A stretch of 64,000 bases of DNA from Callorhinchus milii (lineage: Eukaryota): contig NW_024704743.1 of assembly GCF_018977255.1 (NCBI RefSeq), forward strand, positions 45,758,001-45,822,000, given 5' to 3'. The notes beneath the pieces are model-generated. The model was not told where the DNA came from. It ran no database searches and was given only the letters and a program-made list of their open reading frames with translations. This document shows positions 1-13,040 of the stretch, one piece after another (position 1 is the stretch's first letter; each line of letters begins with the position of its first letter). The position numbers and the translations under genes were made by a program.

Positions 1-589
1 TAACATCAAATTTCATAATAATAATAATCCTTACATTTGATATAGCGCTTTTCACGTCTTCTCGACGTCCCAAAGCGCTTCACAGAATATACTGTAAAGT
101 GAATACACAGAATATACTGTAATAAATATCATGTGTAGTGACTGATTTTCGTAGGTAGACTGGCCTGTGGTTCCTGCTGAGGTGTACACAGAACAAAGGT
201 CCCAGCCCAGATTTGATGCCTGGTCTTTGCTGAGGATGTTAGTCTCTGAGTAAATGTTAAAGGGATTCGTTGTTGAATTACTATTATCCAAATTGAACAC
301 AGTCATTGGTATCTGTGCAGCAGCTTGACAGGCACCTTTCTGCAGCAATATTCACTCTAGGTCATGGTTCTGTGAAACATTCACACCATAAAGTTCATTC
401 TAGAGTTCAATCCATACCAGAATCACCACTTAATTAAATTGATAGCGTAAGCGGGGGAATTGGGAGTCCACTGTTTGGTCCATCTGTTATATTACCCACT
501 GGAGTATTTAGAAAGATATGCATCTGTTTTATGTAGCGAAGTGGCATTTGAGTAGGAGCAGAACTATTTTATTACTTTTTCCTCCCTTC

Positions 590-975
590 CTTTCATCTCC
601 GGAAGGTGCTGACTCATGCTGGGGTATGATTCCACATTGCTGATCACCCTTCCGTACCTCGCCATGTGTGAGCCTGAACAATGAGTGTCAGCTGGTTATT
701 CAACCATGGGGGGGCATCACAGCTGAGCCCGATCCAGTATTTACCTGACATTTACGCATAGATATTTTCCAGCAGGGGTCACTGGCTGAATAGTAATCAG
801 GAGTGGGACCCTAACTGGTTTTCCCCCTCTCTCAACCTGAACTCAACTGTGACGCCCTGACTGCTTTGAGCTTGAGGTCATCTATCTTAGCTCACAATTC
901 AACCTGGGACCTTCTTGCTTTGTACCACTCAGTTACAGTCTGGACTTAGACAGTGGCTTCACCAGCTGAGTCATT
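590..975 (-). mobile_element. tRNA-derived SINE, AmnSINE2-like family (name tentative)
   Basis: The minus strand reads ...GTGACCCCTGCTGGAAAA...GGATCGGGCTCAGCTGTGATGCCCCCC...ATACCCCAGCATGAGTCAGCACCTTC. The same body recurs at about 3930, 19070, 19590, 22040, 31010 and 60275. The family name is from memory. Confidence 0.6.
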
Positions 976-999
976 AAGAGAGCTACAATATGATTTAAA

Positions 1000-1279
1000 A
1001 TAATAATCCTTGCATTCGATATAGCGCCTTATCACATCTTCGAGATGTCTCAAAGCGCTTCACAGAATATACTGTAAAGTGAATTGACTGTATATTTTGT
1101 GGGCAAAACACGGCAGCCAATTGTGCACAGCAGTGTCCCACAAATAGTCATGGATTGAGTGACCAATTTATTATTATTATTTTTTTGAAGGAATTATTAC
1201 CCCCAGAAATGCGATTCACCAATCGATTAACAACTGGGTTCTTACTTACTGCTAGGTAATATAAAATACATGTGGAGGA
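1000..1279 (-). mobile_element. Young tRNA/Deu SINE (SINE2-1_CM-like), 5'-truncated
   Basis: On the minus strand it has the Deu-like TTTGTGGGACACTGCTGTGCACAATTGGCTGCC, the L2-type tail and an (ATT)n end. Confidence 0.85.
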
Positions 1280-1819
1280 GTTAAAAACAAATAAACTATT
1301 GTGATTTTTCAGGATGGTATGTACTATTGTCCTCAGGAACACAAAGGTACACATTTACAGTGTTTAAAAGCAATGAAAATTACCATCACTGAACTGTATT
1401 TGTCAACCAGTTTTTTGTGCTTTTTATCTAATCTAATTAGCAAAGCATAACTTAATGAGACTGGCAAAAGGACAAGAGAAATTATGTTTTAGGAGATGAT
1501 GTTCCCTTTTTTGATATGTTTTGGCAATGTGGGAAGGTTCTCCCATATAAGTGTAAATTTGCCAGCCAGGGGAAATACCTCCTATGGTGTTTAGAAATAT
1601 CAGAAACAGCAGTACCTCACATAGAGATTTAAACCTCGACAATTTCTAGTAAATCATACAAAATAGGTTATATAGATAATGGGATCTAATACTCCATGAT
1701 TACTAACAGGATTCCTTAATGAAGAAATTGGAAGTAAGTCTTGCTGACTTGCAATAATTCTTGCTCTGATGCAATCTACTTTTGGAGTTTGTGCAGGTCT
1801 GTATGATGTGCACGATGTA

Positions 1820-2125
1820 CAGGATGTCCTCAAAATCCTCTTACCTCCTAGTACAAAACAGTGATATGAGATTACAGAGTAGCTGAAACAAGCTGTCAGA
1901 GATGCATTTCGCCTTGTTACTCCATCCATGTCACAGAAGATGTTGCACCGAACATGGGGACAGAACTGCCACGAAAATGATGGCGATCACACCAATCATC
2001 TGGACATCTAAATACACTTGTACTGAATATAATTAAGTACTTCTAAATACAATTATCATCATTCTTCCACGTTTCAGTGTACTGTCTGTAAAAAAAGGGG
2101 TTAACAGGACTTTGTGGAGACCCTG
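1820..2125 (+). mobile_element. Internally deleted Tc1/mariner DNA transposon
   Basis: Imperfect terminal inverted repeats (TIRs): CAGGATGTCCTCAAAATCCTCTTA versus the reverse complement of the right end, CAGGGTCTCCACAAAGTCCTGTTA. TA flanks both sides. 1883-2011 encodes LKQAVRDAFRLVTPSMSQKMLHRTWGQNCHENDGDHTNHLDI*, which resembles a mariner-like transposase C-terminus. Confidence 0.8.
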
Positions 2126-2460
2126 TACATCCAGCTACTGATCAGCTGCTTCATGTATTTATCCCCATTCGTATTCCTTATTATGGAATTCTGTTAAAAA
2201 TCAATGCATTATTAGACTCCAATGAAACAGTAAAAAAATGCAAGCAGAAAGGAAATCTAAATATACTTTTATGTAAATGTTATAAATTGGGGAAAAAACT
2301 AATTCAGAAAGTCTTTGTTTCTTGGTGATAACACATTTTCAGAGATGGATGCTGATTTAGTATTTTATTTCTGTATTTGTCAGCCTTCTGAACAGGTACT
2401 GTAGTTGTTGATTAAGCATTCCAGAACAAAAAAAAGCAAGAAAACAAAAAAAAAACCTTG

Positions 2461-2662
2461 AGGCCTGAAATTTCACCTAGATTTCATTGCAGAAATTTCT
2501 TAAATTCAGTCTTAATTTTAAAGCCAGTTTTCCCAAATTATTAAAAGGAACAAGCTTTCAAATTCAAAGTGAACTTAAGATTTATTTTTACAATCCTGCA
2601 GAATCTTAAATATTAAGGTGAAATTGTCTCAAAAGCTAAAGACTAGGGGAAATTTGGGGCCT
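2461..2662. mobile_element. AT-rich MITE-like element, GGCCCAAATTTCCACC-type TIR family
   Basis: Left end AGGCCTGAAATTTCACCT versus reverse-complemented right end AGGCCCCAAATTTCCCCT (15/18). The internal TTCTTAAATTCAGTCTTAAT motif is shared with other copies. Confidence 0.6.
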
Positions 2663-3387
2663 CTGGAGGGTACATTATAAACAGATGGATTTGAAGTGAT
2701 TTCTACCGTAACTCTGTGTACAGATAAAAACCAATTGGGATCAATATGAAGCGACTGACACACACCAGAGTATACAAAGCCATGTCTGCAGGTGTCACTA
2801 ATGGTCCGGTCTTTACTACCCAATCCTCAGAGCCTGCGAGGTGTCAGTATTTTTAGGACCATTACTACAGAAAAAAGGGCATTGAATGGATACTGCACAA
2901 CTTCACCAACATGTTTTCCAAATGGAATCTGTATGCTTCGGATGTCATTCAGGGATTAAAAAGATAATTAGAGGTAAGTGAAGCACAGTTGAAATCGGGC
3001 AACTCAGAATCAATACTTTGCTTTTAAACTCTAAAGGATAGACCCAAGAGGACTGCACTATTAACTGGCAGCTCACAACCAACTCACAGAGGGTCAAACA
3101 AAAAGCTACCAAGATCGGTTAAGCTGCATTTGGGTCACTGTTTTCCAGGGCTTGACAAATCGAACAACACCAGGTAGTGTATTTGTTAGCAGAAATATCA
3201 GGATGCCAGTGACACAAGATTGATACCAGTGCTGTGCACCTGATCTTAAAATTGCACAATTAAAGAACCCATTTTATTTTCCTCTGACTGCCTGTGCAGT
3301 GCTGGGTGGTACTTATACAAGAGAAAAGATTTCAGCTTCTGGAGGTGACAGCGTGCCGTGCTAGATGCTTTTCAGGAATAAGGATGA

Positions 3388-3670
3388 TAATAATAGTAAG
3401 AATTCTTGCATTTAATAGAGTGCCTATAATATGGAGAATGTCTCAAAGTGTTTGAAGTAGTTTGTGTAAAGAGTAACAATTGTATATTTGTAAGCGAACC
3501 CGGCATAATTTCTATACAGCAATGTCCAAGAATCAACCATGAAATGAGTGACCAATTTTAACTGGAGGGTTATTGGCTCCCTTTAAGAGATAAGCTCCCT
3601 TTGCTTTCAAATTGTGCCATGGAATCGCTAATGTCCACCTGACTAGGCAGATTATCTTGGTTTATCATAT
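3388..3670 (-). mobile_element. Old Deu-domain SINE, 3' half
   Basis: Diverged L2-type tail, Deu core and the GTGGACATTAGCGATTCCATGGCAC segment on the minus strand. Confidence 0.65.
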
Positions 3671-3929
3671 TGCAGCTCTAAACATACATATACATCAACT
3701 TAGGTTTTAAAGGAATTGTGGTTCTCAAAATTTTATTTGTAGAGTTCGGTGTATCATCATTTATAAAACTATGGGTTAAGCACGCCGAGATGTCGTCCGG
3801 CATGAAGGGCACTATATAAATGCAAGTTGTTGTTGTTATGGCTGTTTGTGGAAAATATATCCATGATATTAAGAGAGTACCTTCACTAAATGATATCAGC
3901 TCATGTAAGATATAAAATGACAGATTGGT

Positions 3930-4240
3930 CCAATGGCTCCTTTGACAAAAGCTGCTGTCTTGAGTGGTTCAGAGGTCAGGGAAGTTGCAGGATTGATTTT
4001 GGTCTGCGTGGAGTTAGCTGAGTTTAGCTGGGGCAGCAGTAGGAATGCCGCAATTGGCCTCAGCACCACTGGATTTGGGGGGAAAGGGGTGAAAAGGGAT
4101 TCTACACCTGTCCTGATGGCTATCCCGAAACTCTGGAAGGTGTGCACGTGTCGACATAGAACGAACACAGCATTGGGCTTGACTGCGACGCCCCTTACAC
4201 TTCAATAACCTGCCACCTCATTTGTACGGGCTGAGTGGCT
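3930..4240 (+). mobile_element. AmnSINE2-like SINE, diverged
   Basis: GGTCTGCGTGGAGTTAGCTGAG...CAATTGGCCTCAGCACC...GGGCTTGACTGCGACGCCCC, homologous to the copy at 590-975. Confidence 0.5.
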
Positions 4241-6814
4241 CATTTCTACCATTAAGGTTGTATGTTTGAATACCTTTAGTAAGCAGCAGAATGCAATTAA
4301 TTATTAAGGAAGTGATCCGTACGTGAACTTACAATCCGTCATTTCCTCACTAGAATTGATACACTTCAACCCAAGTTATTACATGAATTATTTCTGCATC
4401 ACTCTCTAATAGAGCAACCAATAAAATACCATCTCAATTGTATCTCAGGCTCCAGAAGATGATTTTTTTGTGTGTGGTGTCCAAAATTATATTTATAGAA
4501 TCAGATGCATCATCATTTAATAAAAACTAGGCTGTTTGTGCAAAACATCAGAAATACCAATTACATTGAGAGATTACCTTCACTGAATGATTATTGTGCA
4601 ACTTTATCAAATGAATATGTATTGTGTCGCTTCAATATGCAATTGAGCTGTGTTGTTAATCTTTCACTTCAGGGCTGTTTGTTGGGCATTGCTTTCTGCA
4701 CAAATTATCAACTATGTTTGAGTACAAATACACAAACACTGACTCTTCTCTGAATCCTCTCCAATGCTTTAAAGTCTTTTTGAGGGGATGTTGTCTAAGA
4801 TGCTCACAATGGGGTAACTTTTGTGATTTTGCGATGTGTGAATCAACACCTGTGTGAAAAGCTATTTTTAGCTATTAGCATATGATAGACCCGTCTGTCT
4901 TGGGCTCACATAGGCAGAATGGCCTCTTGGATGAGATAACGGAAGAAAACCAGTGCTCATGGAGCATTAGACAGTACCCTTGGGAGCGAGTGGGAGAAAA
5001 TTGAAAGCCAGGAAAAATAATTACACTTAGTTTGCAATACCGAGCAATGCCTTACTTCTGGAACTTAGAATGGTTGAGTGCAGCCCATATTTTGCTCTAC
5101 CTCATAGCCCAGTAACAACTGGTTTCACACTGTCGTTAGATGATACAATACCTCACCACATACTTACACTAAACTTACTGTGGATTATTGAAGTGATAAA
5201 GTGCACGCCTCAGGATGATCACATAGCAAAGTTGAAATGGAGGTGTTGAGTCACACCTCAGTCAGTAACCTGAAGTGTCAGCTCCCCTGGGTGACATTTG
5301 AATATGCCAGATCTTTTGTAGAGTTAGCAACTGAGGAATGCTATAATTTCCCTGAAAGCATAAAACTTGCGAAAGCGTAAAGGTTTCTAGGAGGTCACTG
5401 GTAAGACTGCTCATGAGGGGAATTTTCTTCTTGCTAAATTGGTGACTTTTTTGCCATCTTTACTTTTTGGAATAAATGCGAAAATGTCAGTTTCTATTAA
5501 ATATATTTTTATTCACCCGCATGTGGTCTGAGTAACACTTTCATATCTGCATAAGCTGATAAATTGATCACTGTTAACTGCTATTCATAAGAAGTAATAT
5601 GTTTATATCAAATTACAAGTAATGATTTAATATTGTTCATCTTACAGGTTCATTTTACAAAGTTATTCTACTTTCCCCACATGCAATTTTTGTCATTTTT
5701 TCAATATTATAACATGAATTCTATTTATAGTGAAAACAATCAGCTTCAATATTAAAACGAATCGTGTCAATTCATATAAATTATCCTTGCATTTGCTGTT
5801 GCACCTACAATATCAAACCGTCTCAAAGCACTTCACAGGGAATTACTGTCAAGTGTAGTGAAAGCAACTTGTTGGACTAAATCCTCTGGATAAAATTGAT
5901 TATTCTCTTCATGGCTGTTTGTGGGACATTGGTGTGTGCAAATTGGCTGCTGTGTTCAGCTACAAAATACAGTCACTAAACTAGATAGCATCAAAAGAGT
6001 CACCAATATATCTGGAGGATTGTTGATCATGACACTGGAAGAAATTCTATTCTCTTGTTTGACTAGTGTTATTGGATTTTTACTGTACACCTGAACAGAC
6101 AGATGAGACCTTAGTTTAACCTCAATCGAATCTAAAGAGCGGGCACTTGATTTATTATCAAGTTCCATGCTCAGACCCTATATTCATTTCTTAGGTTTTA
6201 TTTAAATACTGGTAGGAAGTGGCCCGTTCCAGGATGAACAATAATAAAATACTATTTGTTTGATAGAGAGGACACTCTCTCCCTTTCTTCTTCTCTTCGG
6301 TCACGTCTTGTATTTGCTCCTCTTAGGTTTCGTTTAATTAATTTTGTTACCTCCTCAAATGTTCTCCCCTGCTTGCTCACAAGTACATGGTAGTGTCATG
6401 GTTCTGCTGGAGGAAGGGTTAAGCAAATCAGACAACATTGAACATTAATACTGTCTAAGCTCCTTTTCCAGAATTCTATGAAATGGCAAATTCCATTATG
6501 ATAGGTAAAAAAAAATTAAAACACACAGAAAAAATACAGTCAAGCCATTTTACAATATATTCTGTGAAGTGTTTGAGATATCTCAATGTCGTGAAAAGGA
6601 GCTATATCAAATGCAAGGATTATTATTATTAGTGAATAAATTTTAAGAGAAGTGAATCATATTTAAGTATGACCAGTCCACACACCAGCAAACAATAACC
6701 TGTACTATAAAAATATTTATTTTGACATAAAAGTTCACACCTGTGAAATATCCTGTGCAGGAAATACACCTAAACCTCAACAGAAAGGTGAGCAAAATGC
6801 TTGAAAAAAAACAA

Positions 6815-7252
6815 GATCAATGATTGTCAGGGGGATTAAAAGTAATATGAATGAAACTCTAGAGTACAGAAGAATTAGGGGAGATCTTATTGAAACATAT
6901 AAGATTCTTAAAGGGCTGGTAACATAGACACTGAGGGTCTGTTTCCCCTGGTAGGAGAATCTATAACCAGGGGTCACAGTCTTAAAATTAAGGGTCAGCC
7001 TTTTAGAACAGAGTTGAGGAAACATTTCTACACTCAGAGGGTAGTGAATTTATGGAATTCACAACCCCAGAAGGCTGTAGATGCTCAGTCCTTGAACGTG
7101 TTCAAGGCTGAGACTGATAGATTTTTTAAAAATATAGGGATTAGGGGATATGGGGATAGGGCAGGTTATCAGAGTTAGGTCTTAAGATCAGCCATGATCT
7201 TATCGAATGGCAGGGCAGGCTCGAGGGCCCGAATGACCTACTCCTGTTCCTT
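6815..7252 (+). mobile_element. CR1 LINE 3' fragment
   Basis: Encodes LEYRRIRGDLIETYKILKGL (CR1 ORF2 C-terminus), followed by the CR1 tail CAGCCATGATCTTATCGAATGGCAGGGCAGGCTCGAGGG...CCTACTCCTG. Confidence 0.9.
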
Positions 7253-7999
7253 ATATTACGCAATCCTGAGATTTCCTGCATCACTGTAAATTGCTGTGAA
7301 GTGTTTAAGTGTGAATTGTCATCTGGTCAAACACTTTTTACTTGTGAGATCAAGGAATTTTTTTTCCCCCTTTAAAACAACAACTTGCACTTCTCATGCC
7401 TTTCATGAGCGATGAATGGTTTGGCACTTAACAGATATGTTAGTAAGCACTGAGCAGGAATAAAGAAGAAAGTTAACCTAAAACTTTTTTTATTCAGTTT
7501 CTTTACATGCTGTGCACTATTTCTGGCTCAAACGACAGGCAAGACGCAGTTGGTGGTGGTGGGGAGAGAAATGTTTATCATGTGCAAACACAAACACTAG
7601 TAGTGTTTTCATTATGTGATCATAATGGTAAATCCAAATTAACAAAAAGATTGTTTGTGTTAGCGATCGATGAATGTTAGGTATTCTTGTCTCCAAGTCT
7701 TGTACCATTGTACAATGGGCCCCTTGGAGATCTGGGGCAGGTTAATTTACCATCCTTACCTGCTAAGGAAATGAAACCTTCAGACTTACTTGCTGCTCCG
7801 CTGCCCCCTCCCCACTTCTAAGTCTGGCTTAGAGGAAGAACTCACAACACACAAAATTATTGGAGTGAGCAGCATCTTTCCTTGCTTCCACGCAGTGCAT
7901 GTCCTGTAGAACCAAACCCATATTGCACTGTGTTCAGTAACAAAAATATTTTGGTTTTCTATTACCATGAAGAAGAGAACATTTGCAAAAGTTTATAAT

Positions 8000-8399
8000 A
8001 TACTAATTACAGCATTTGATATAGCATCTTTTGCATCGGGAGGACATCTCAATGCACTACACAGGATTTATGGTAAAGTGTAGTGACTGTACATTGTATA
8101 GGCAAATGTGGCTGCTAATTTGCGAACAGCAATGTCCCACAAACAGCCATGATGTAAATGATTAGTTTGATTTTGGGGATTGTTAGTCAGGGCACTGGAG
8201 AACTCAGTTCTCCTTTTAAACAATGCCATGAGATTGTTAATGTCCACCTCAGTGAATAGCATCTCCAAAAATGTAACACAGCCTCAGCTCTGCATTGGAG
8301 TGTCAGCCAAGGCTAGGAGTTCAAAGTCCCAACATAGGGCTTGAACCCACAACCTTGTGACTCAAAGGCAAGAATGCTATAAACTGAGCTCGGCTGACA
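8000..8399 (-). mobile_element. Old Deu-domain tRNA-SINE (SacSINE1/AmnSINE1-type), near full length
   Basis: Minus-strand head GTCAGCCGAGCTCAG...GGTTGTGGGTTCAAGCCC (A/B boxes), Deu core GGCTGTTTGTGGGACATTGCTG and the L2-type tail. Confidence 0.8.
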
Positions 8400-8872
8400 C
8401 CTAGGTTAGTGTCACCACAAGCACAGTGTAGACTGCGCTGTGTCAGAACTGCTAAAACAGCTGTTCCATCAAGTAACTGTACTCTGTCACTTCCCATAAC
8501 AAGAACCAGATCTGTTTTTGAACAATAAGATACCATGGAACACCAGCAATGACATCAAGTCCACTCCTTCCACAGCCACACAAAATCTGTCACCCACACT
8601 AACGCCTGGAGAAAGCAGTACATTGAAAGAGAAATACAAAAAAACATAGTCACTCCATTTGCCATCCTTCTGTCAGGGAAGTGAAAGCCTCATACTTACT
8701 CACTTCCTCCTGTTGATAGTCTGGCTATTTCACAGCATGCTTCACAGGTGTGAACTTTCATGTCCGAATAAACAAAACGGAAATATTCTTTATTCATGTG
8801 CACATATTTCGCCCACAAAACACACAGTGAATCCACTTTAGGGTATACCCAATGAAGCACTTTGAGACATCT

Positions 8873-9227
8873 ATTAGCTCCATATCAACCTGTCCGCTCC
8901 CTTGGCTCAGCAGGCTTTGGCCTGCTCCACGTTCCTCGCTCAGCCCGCCCGACCATTGGCGATCAAACTTTCAGCCTCTCTGCCTCAACCCTTTGGAATC
9001 TCATCCCACTGTCCGTTTGTCTTGCTCCCTCCCTTGCCTCCTTCAAGACACACCTCAAGACTCTCCTCTTCGACCGCGCTTTTGGCCACCCTCTTCACCC
9101 TACCCTCTCTACCTTCCACCAATCCTGAAACCAACTCCCTGCTTGCGTCCAAATCCCTGACAGTCCAGGGCCTTGGGACATTCTCCCGACTTGAAAGGTG
9201 CTATACAAATGTAATTTAATGTTGTTG
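8873..9227 (+). mobile_element. L2 LINE 3' fragment nested in a SINE tail
   Basis: ORF 8862-9128 contains TLWNLIP...SFKTHLKTLLF (L2 ORF2 C-terminus). The tail is GCCTTGGGACATTCTCCCGACTTGAAAGGTGCTATACAAATG followed by (GTT)n. Confidence 0.9.
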
Positions 9228-9305
9228 TCTTGACAACATAGTAAGGTATTATATCAATTGTAAGGATTATTATTATTATAATAATAATTAGAGAAACCAA
9301 AATAT

Positions 9306-9342
9306 ATTTGGGGCAGGTGAAATGATTTGGGGCAGGTGAAAT
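9306..9342. repeat. Tandem duplication, 19-bp period
   Basis: ATTTGGGGCAGGTGAAAT occurs at 9306-9323 and 9325-9342. Confidence 0.9.
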
Positions 9343-10712
9343 TACTTCTTTTTTTCATTTATTTATTGGGAGTTTCAAAACCTTTCTTTACACATTATAT
9401 GGAGGTGGGGGTGGGGGGAGGGGGGCTGCCATTTTGTAGGTTTCTTCTCAAGCAAGTCCTTACAATACAATACAAAATTATATTTGTATAATGCCTTTCA
9501 CGTCGGAAGGACATCCAAAGGCGCTGGGTCCTTCATAGAGTCGGAAAGTTTAGAGCACACGCAACCATTTGGTCCATATAATATAGGCTGCCATGTTTCC
9601 CCCACAAAATATACAGTCAATCCGCTTTCAATATATTCTGTGAAGCGCTTTGAGGTGTCTCAATGATGCAAGGATTATTATTATCATTATTCATGACAAA
9701 GCATTCCATATGCTAACAACTACATGTGCAAAGTAAATCCAACCTCTCTCTTTGTTTCTTCCAGTGGTAACCCTTTGTGCAAATATTTTATATTTCTGGT
9801 TACAACATTTAGTAGGAAAACACCTCATTGACAGACCTGAATCCTGCAAATGCTTTCTATACAAATAAAATATGAATTTCCTTGGAGACATGGTAACAAG
9901 TGAGCTCTGAGTTGCTGACATACAGATCAACTCCTATCTGGTAGATAAAATAAACCTCAGATTAAGTAGAGAAACTACAATTGACTCCGCTGACTCCTAA
10001 ATCAAAAAAAAAATCATTAATCTTCAGCACCTCTTTGACTGCGCTGTTTTAAAAAAAATTCCCCTCTCCCCCACTCAGCTCCCACCCTCAACTCATGTGC
10101 CCATCCAGCATTAATAAACACATTGTTGAGAAATTCTTCCAATGTAATAGGTGCTGGTAAATTGTATCGTTGCATTGTAGTATGAAGTAAAGAGAGAGCA
10201 ATTCTCTGAATGGACCACTTTCAGATTTCTATATTATGAATTGGGATGAATTATTATATTAGTACTGTATATTACCAAATCAATTACTAAAACAGTATCA
10301 TTAATTATGGTTTAAAGGCAGTTTAACTTCACCCATTATCCTTGGGTTCAACAAGGCAAGATCTACATCAGATTGTTACTTAATACTTAAGGTAGCCTCC
10401 AGGATATCATTATTTGCCACAGTGGGACATCAACGGGATAATGAAGACAAGATGGATGGAGGGGACGGGAGTGCTAAAAGTCAAGCCCGGGGTTTGAACA
10501 GTTATTGGAAAAGCTGAGCTTGTGTGTTTTGCCTTCTGTTTACGTTTTAAAACTAATCTTTCCAATCTTTAATGAAACCACAATCCCAAGGATTTGAGTT
10601 TCTCTGTTCTGTGTGGTACATAATGGCTGTCAGAGGAAGTGTAACAGAACAGAAAAGCAAGACATCTTGTCATTTTCAATGAGATAAGGGAGTACTGCCT
10701 CATTACATCTCT

Positions 10713-10930
10713 GAGACCCAAAGTTCCAAGTCTTAACCTGTAAGACCATTTTGTCTTAACATTTAAGATGGTGCAGTCTTGTGAATAATCCTTTATCTCA
10801 GTCTTAATTTGAAAGATGGTCTTTTTAAGAAGTGTGAACAAACAGCTTTATAAATTAAAATTGAATTTAAGAAATTTTGCACAATTCCTCATAATGTTAT
10901 ATTTTAAGACTGGATGGAATTTTGGGCCTC
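10713..10930. mobile_element. AT-rich MITE-like element, same family as 2461-2662
   Basis: Left end GAGACCCAAAGTTCCA versus reverse-complemented right end GAGGCCCAAAATTCCA (14/16). CCTGTAAGACCATTTTGTCTT is shared in inverted form with the copy near 48590. Confidence 0.65.
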
Positions 10931-11539
10931 TAGGGTTAATATTCATGTTCCATTCTACCACAACTTTGCAACCCACAAATATAAGAATGCTAACAGCAGG
11001 GTCTTATTTGAATCTTGTCACTCTGGAACTTGCTACTGTGAATCCTAAAGTTACAAGCAGAAATCACTTTGTAAGTCAGAGCTGGGATATTCCATTTTCT
11101 GCATGTTATGAACATCTTGCACATAGTGCGCGTGTGTGGAATATGCAGGAAGTGATGCCAGTGGTGATCAAATGACTTATAAGTCAACCATTTTATCATG
11201 CCTCTTTATAATGCAGGGTCTGAGACATTGGATCTAGACAACCGCATCATAAAGGGGATTGCCCTGCAGTCTGTTTCTCCCTTCAACGCTGCTTCCTCAC
11301 CATTTCTTTCTGTTTCATGCTGTAGCTGAGGACTATGTGGTTTGTATCAATGCTTATTTGCCCACAAATACACAGTCACTCTACTTTACAGTGAAATTCT
11401 ACTTTTAAGACATCCAGTCTTAAAATGCAACATTATGAGGAATTTTGCAAATTTCTTAAATTCAATTTTAATTTAAAAAGTGCTTTAGGGTGTCCTCCTA
11501 CCATGGAAGGGGTTATACCAAATGCAAGTATTATTATTA

Positions 11540-11728
11540 TTGCCCTTGCCTCCATCTCAAGACCCTCATTTTCGACCGCACCTTTGGTCACCCTCCTACT
11601 CCTATCCTCCCTGCCCTCCACCCGTCCTGATCTATACCCACAGCTCAGGTCCAAATCCTTCATTGTCCAGCACTTTGGGATATCCTCCCAACATGAAAGA
11701 TACTATATAAATGTAATTTGTTGTTATT
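11540..11728 (+). mobile_element. L2 LINE 3' end
   Basis: CTCAAGACCCTCATTTTCGACCGCACC followed by the L2 tail and (TTG)n. Confidence 0.8.
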
Positions 11729-12689
11729 ACATTCACATTTAAGGCACTTGTTCACCCCACATGCCACAAAGATATATTTTATTCATTTTAGAATTAGTTC
11801 CCTCGGGTCAAAGATCAAGCACGAGATTGAATAGTCAGGCAACTTCAAAAACAACATGTAATTGGTGGAGCAGCAAGTACTTTTGAAAGAGAAGAAAACA
11901 TCACAAGCTAGGTCTGAATGATCCATAAAGCTGCACTGGACGTTCTCAGGTTGTGGAATGCAAGCTGTATTTCAAAGCAGGCAAAGCCTTTTATAATTCA
12001 TTCTCTTTAGCTGGCTCAAAGCTGTTCAGTGCATGGAATGGGAAATATTATGTTCGCTGCTTGTGCTTTTGAAGTTAACCTACTTAACCTGTTATTGATG
12101 TATGTACTCGTTCACATAGCATCCAGTGGCACAGGCAGCTGAGCGCTCTCCTCCTCTACAACTGATGGGGATGTTATAATGAGATAGTTATGGTAAAAAT
12201 TAGTCACAGTCAAAATGTAACAACTGTTGTTCAGGTTGCAAAGTATCAGCAATGGATCAGTAGGGACAGAGGCTCCCCACACCCCAATGGAGCAGTGAGG
12301 ATAGTGGCCCTTTACTCCAGCAGTGCATTCATTAATTTCAAAGAAACCTGTTCTGCTCAGTATATAATAGGCTAGGCCATGTTTGTTTAAGTGTCTAGTT
12401 TTGCTGTCACAAAGTGAAAATCAACAGTCTTGTTCTAATTCTTTACAAATGCTAATTGGTTAATGGTACCTCTAAATTGTACAAATTCACACTCCATTAT
12501 GAACTATTTGCTAAACTCCAGGGCTTGCAATTATCACAATACTGTCCTAACTGGGCTATTGTTATAGCAAATGTGAAAAAAAAGATTCTGTACTAAAACA
12601 TGCTTATTGTTTAAAATGCAATCTTTTCAATTGTCCTAAAAAACACTTATGTCCCCTTTATACTGAAGGATACTTCAGAGAGTGGGTTC

Positions 12690-13040
12690 GGATACAACTG
12701 GTTCAGTGCAAAAGACTGCAGGTCCACATTCCAATCTGATCTCAGGCAGGCAGCTGTTGGAGTGCTTACGGTCTCGGCTGACACACCAGTGCAGCGTTGG
12801 GGGTGTGCTGCATTGTCGGAGGTGGCGTCCTTCGAATGACATGTTAAACTGAGGTTCTGTCTGCCTGTTCAGGTGGAAGCTAAAGATCCCATTTCACTAT
12901 TCAGAAAGAGAGAGAAGTTCCACCCAATGCCCTGGCCAGCAATCCCTCAGATAAAATGGGTCATTCATTTTATGGCTGTTCATGGGGCATTGTTTTGTGC
13001 AAATTTGCTGCCATGTTCCTCTATAAATACAGTGACTACA
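12690..13040 (+). mobile_element. Old Deu-domain SINE
   Basis: CTGACACACCAGTGCAGCGTTGGGGGTGTGCTGCATTGTCGGAGG...TTCAGGTGGAAGCTAAAGATCCC followed by the Deu core. Confidence 0.7.

Noticed and set aside
81..122. 17-bp direct repeat CACAGAATATACTGTAA as a TSD
   Set aside because: Only 8 bp separate the copies, so it is a simple local duplication in a SINE tail.
2857..2972. Coding exon between TTTTTAG and GTAAGT
   Set aside because: All three frames hit a stop before the donor.
6471..6503. 33-nt exon (EFYEMANSIMI)
   Set aside because: The donor GTAAAA is weak, the peptide is unrecognised and there is no other support.
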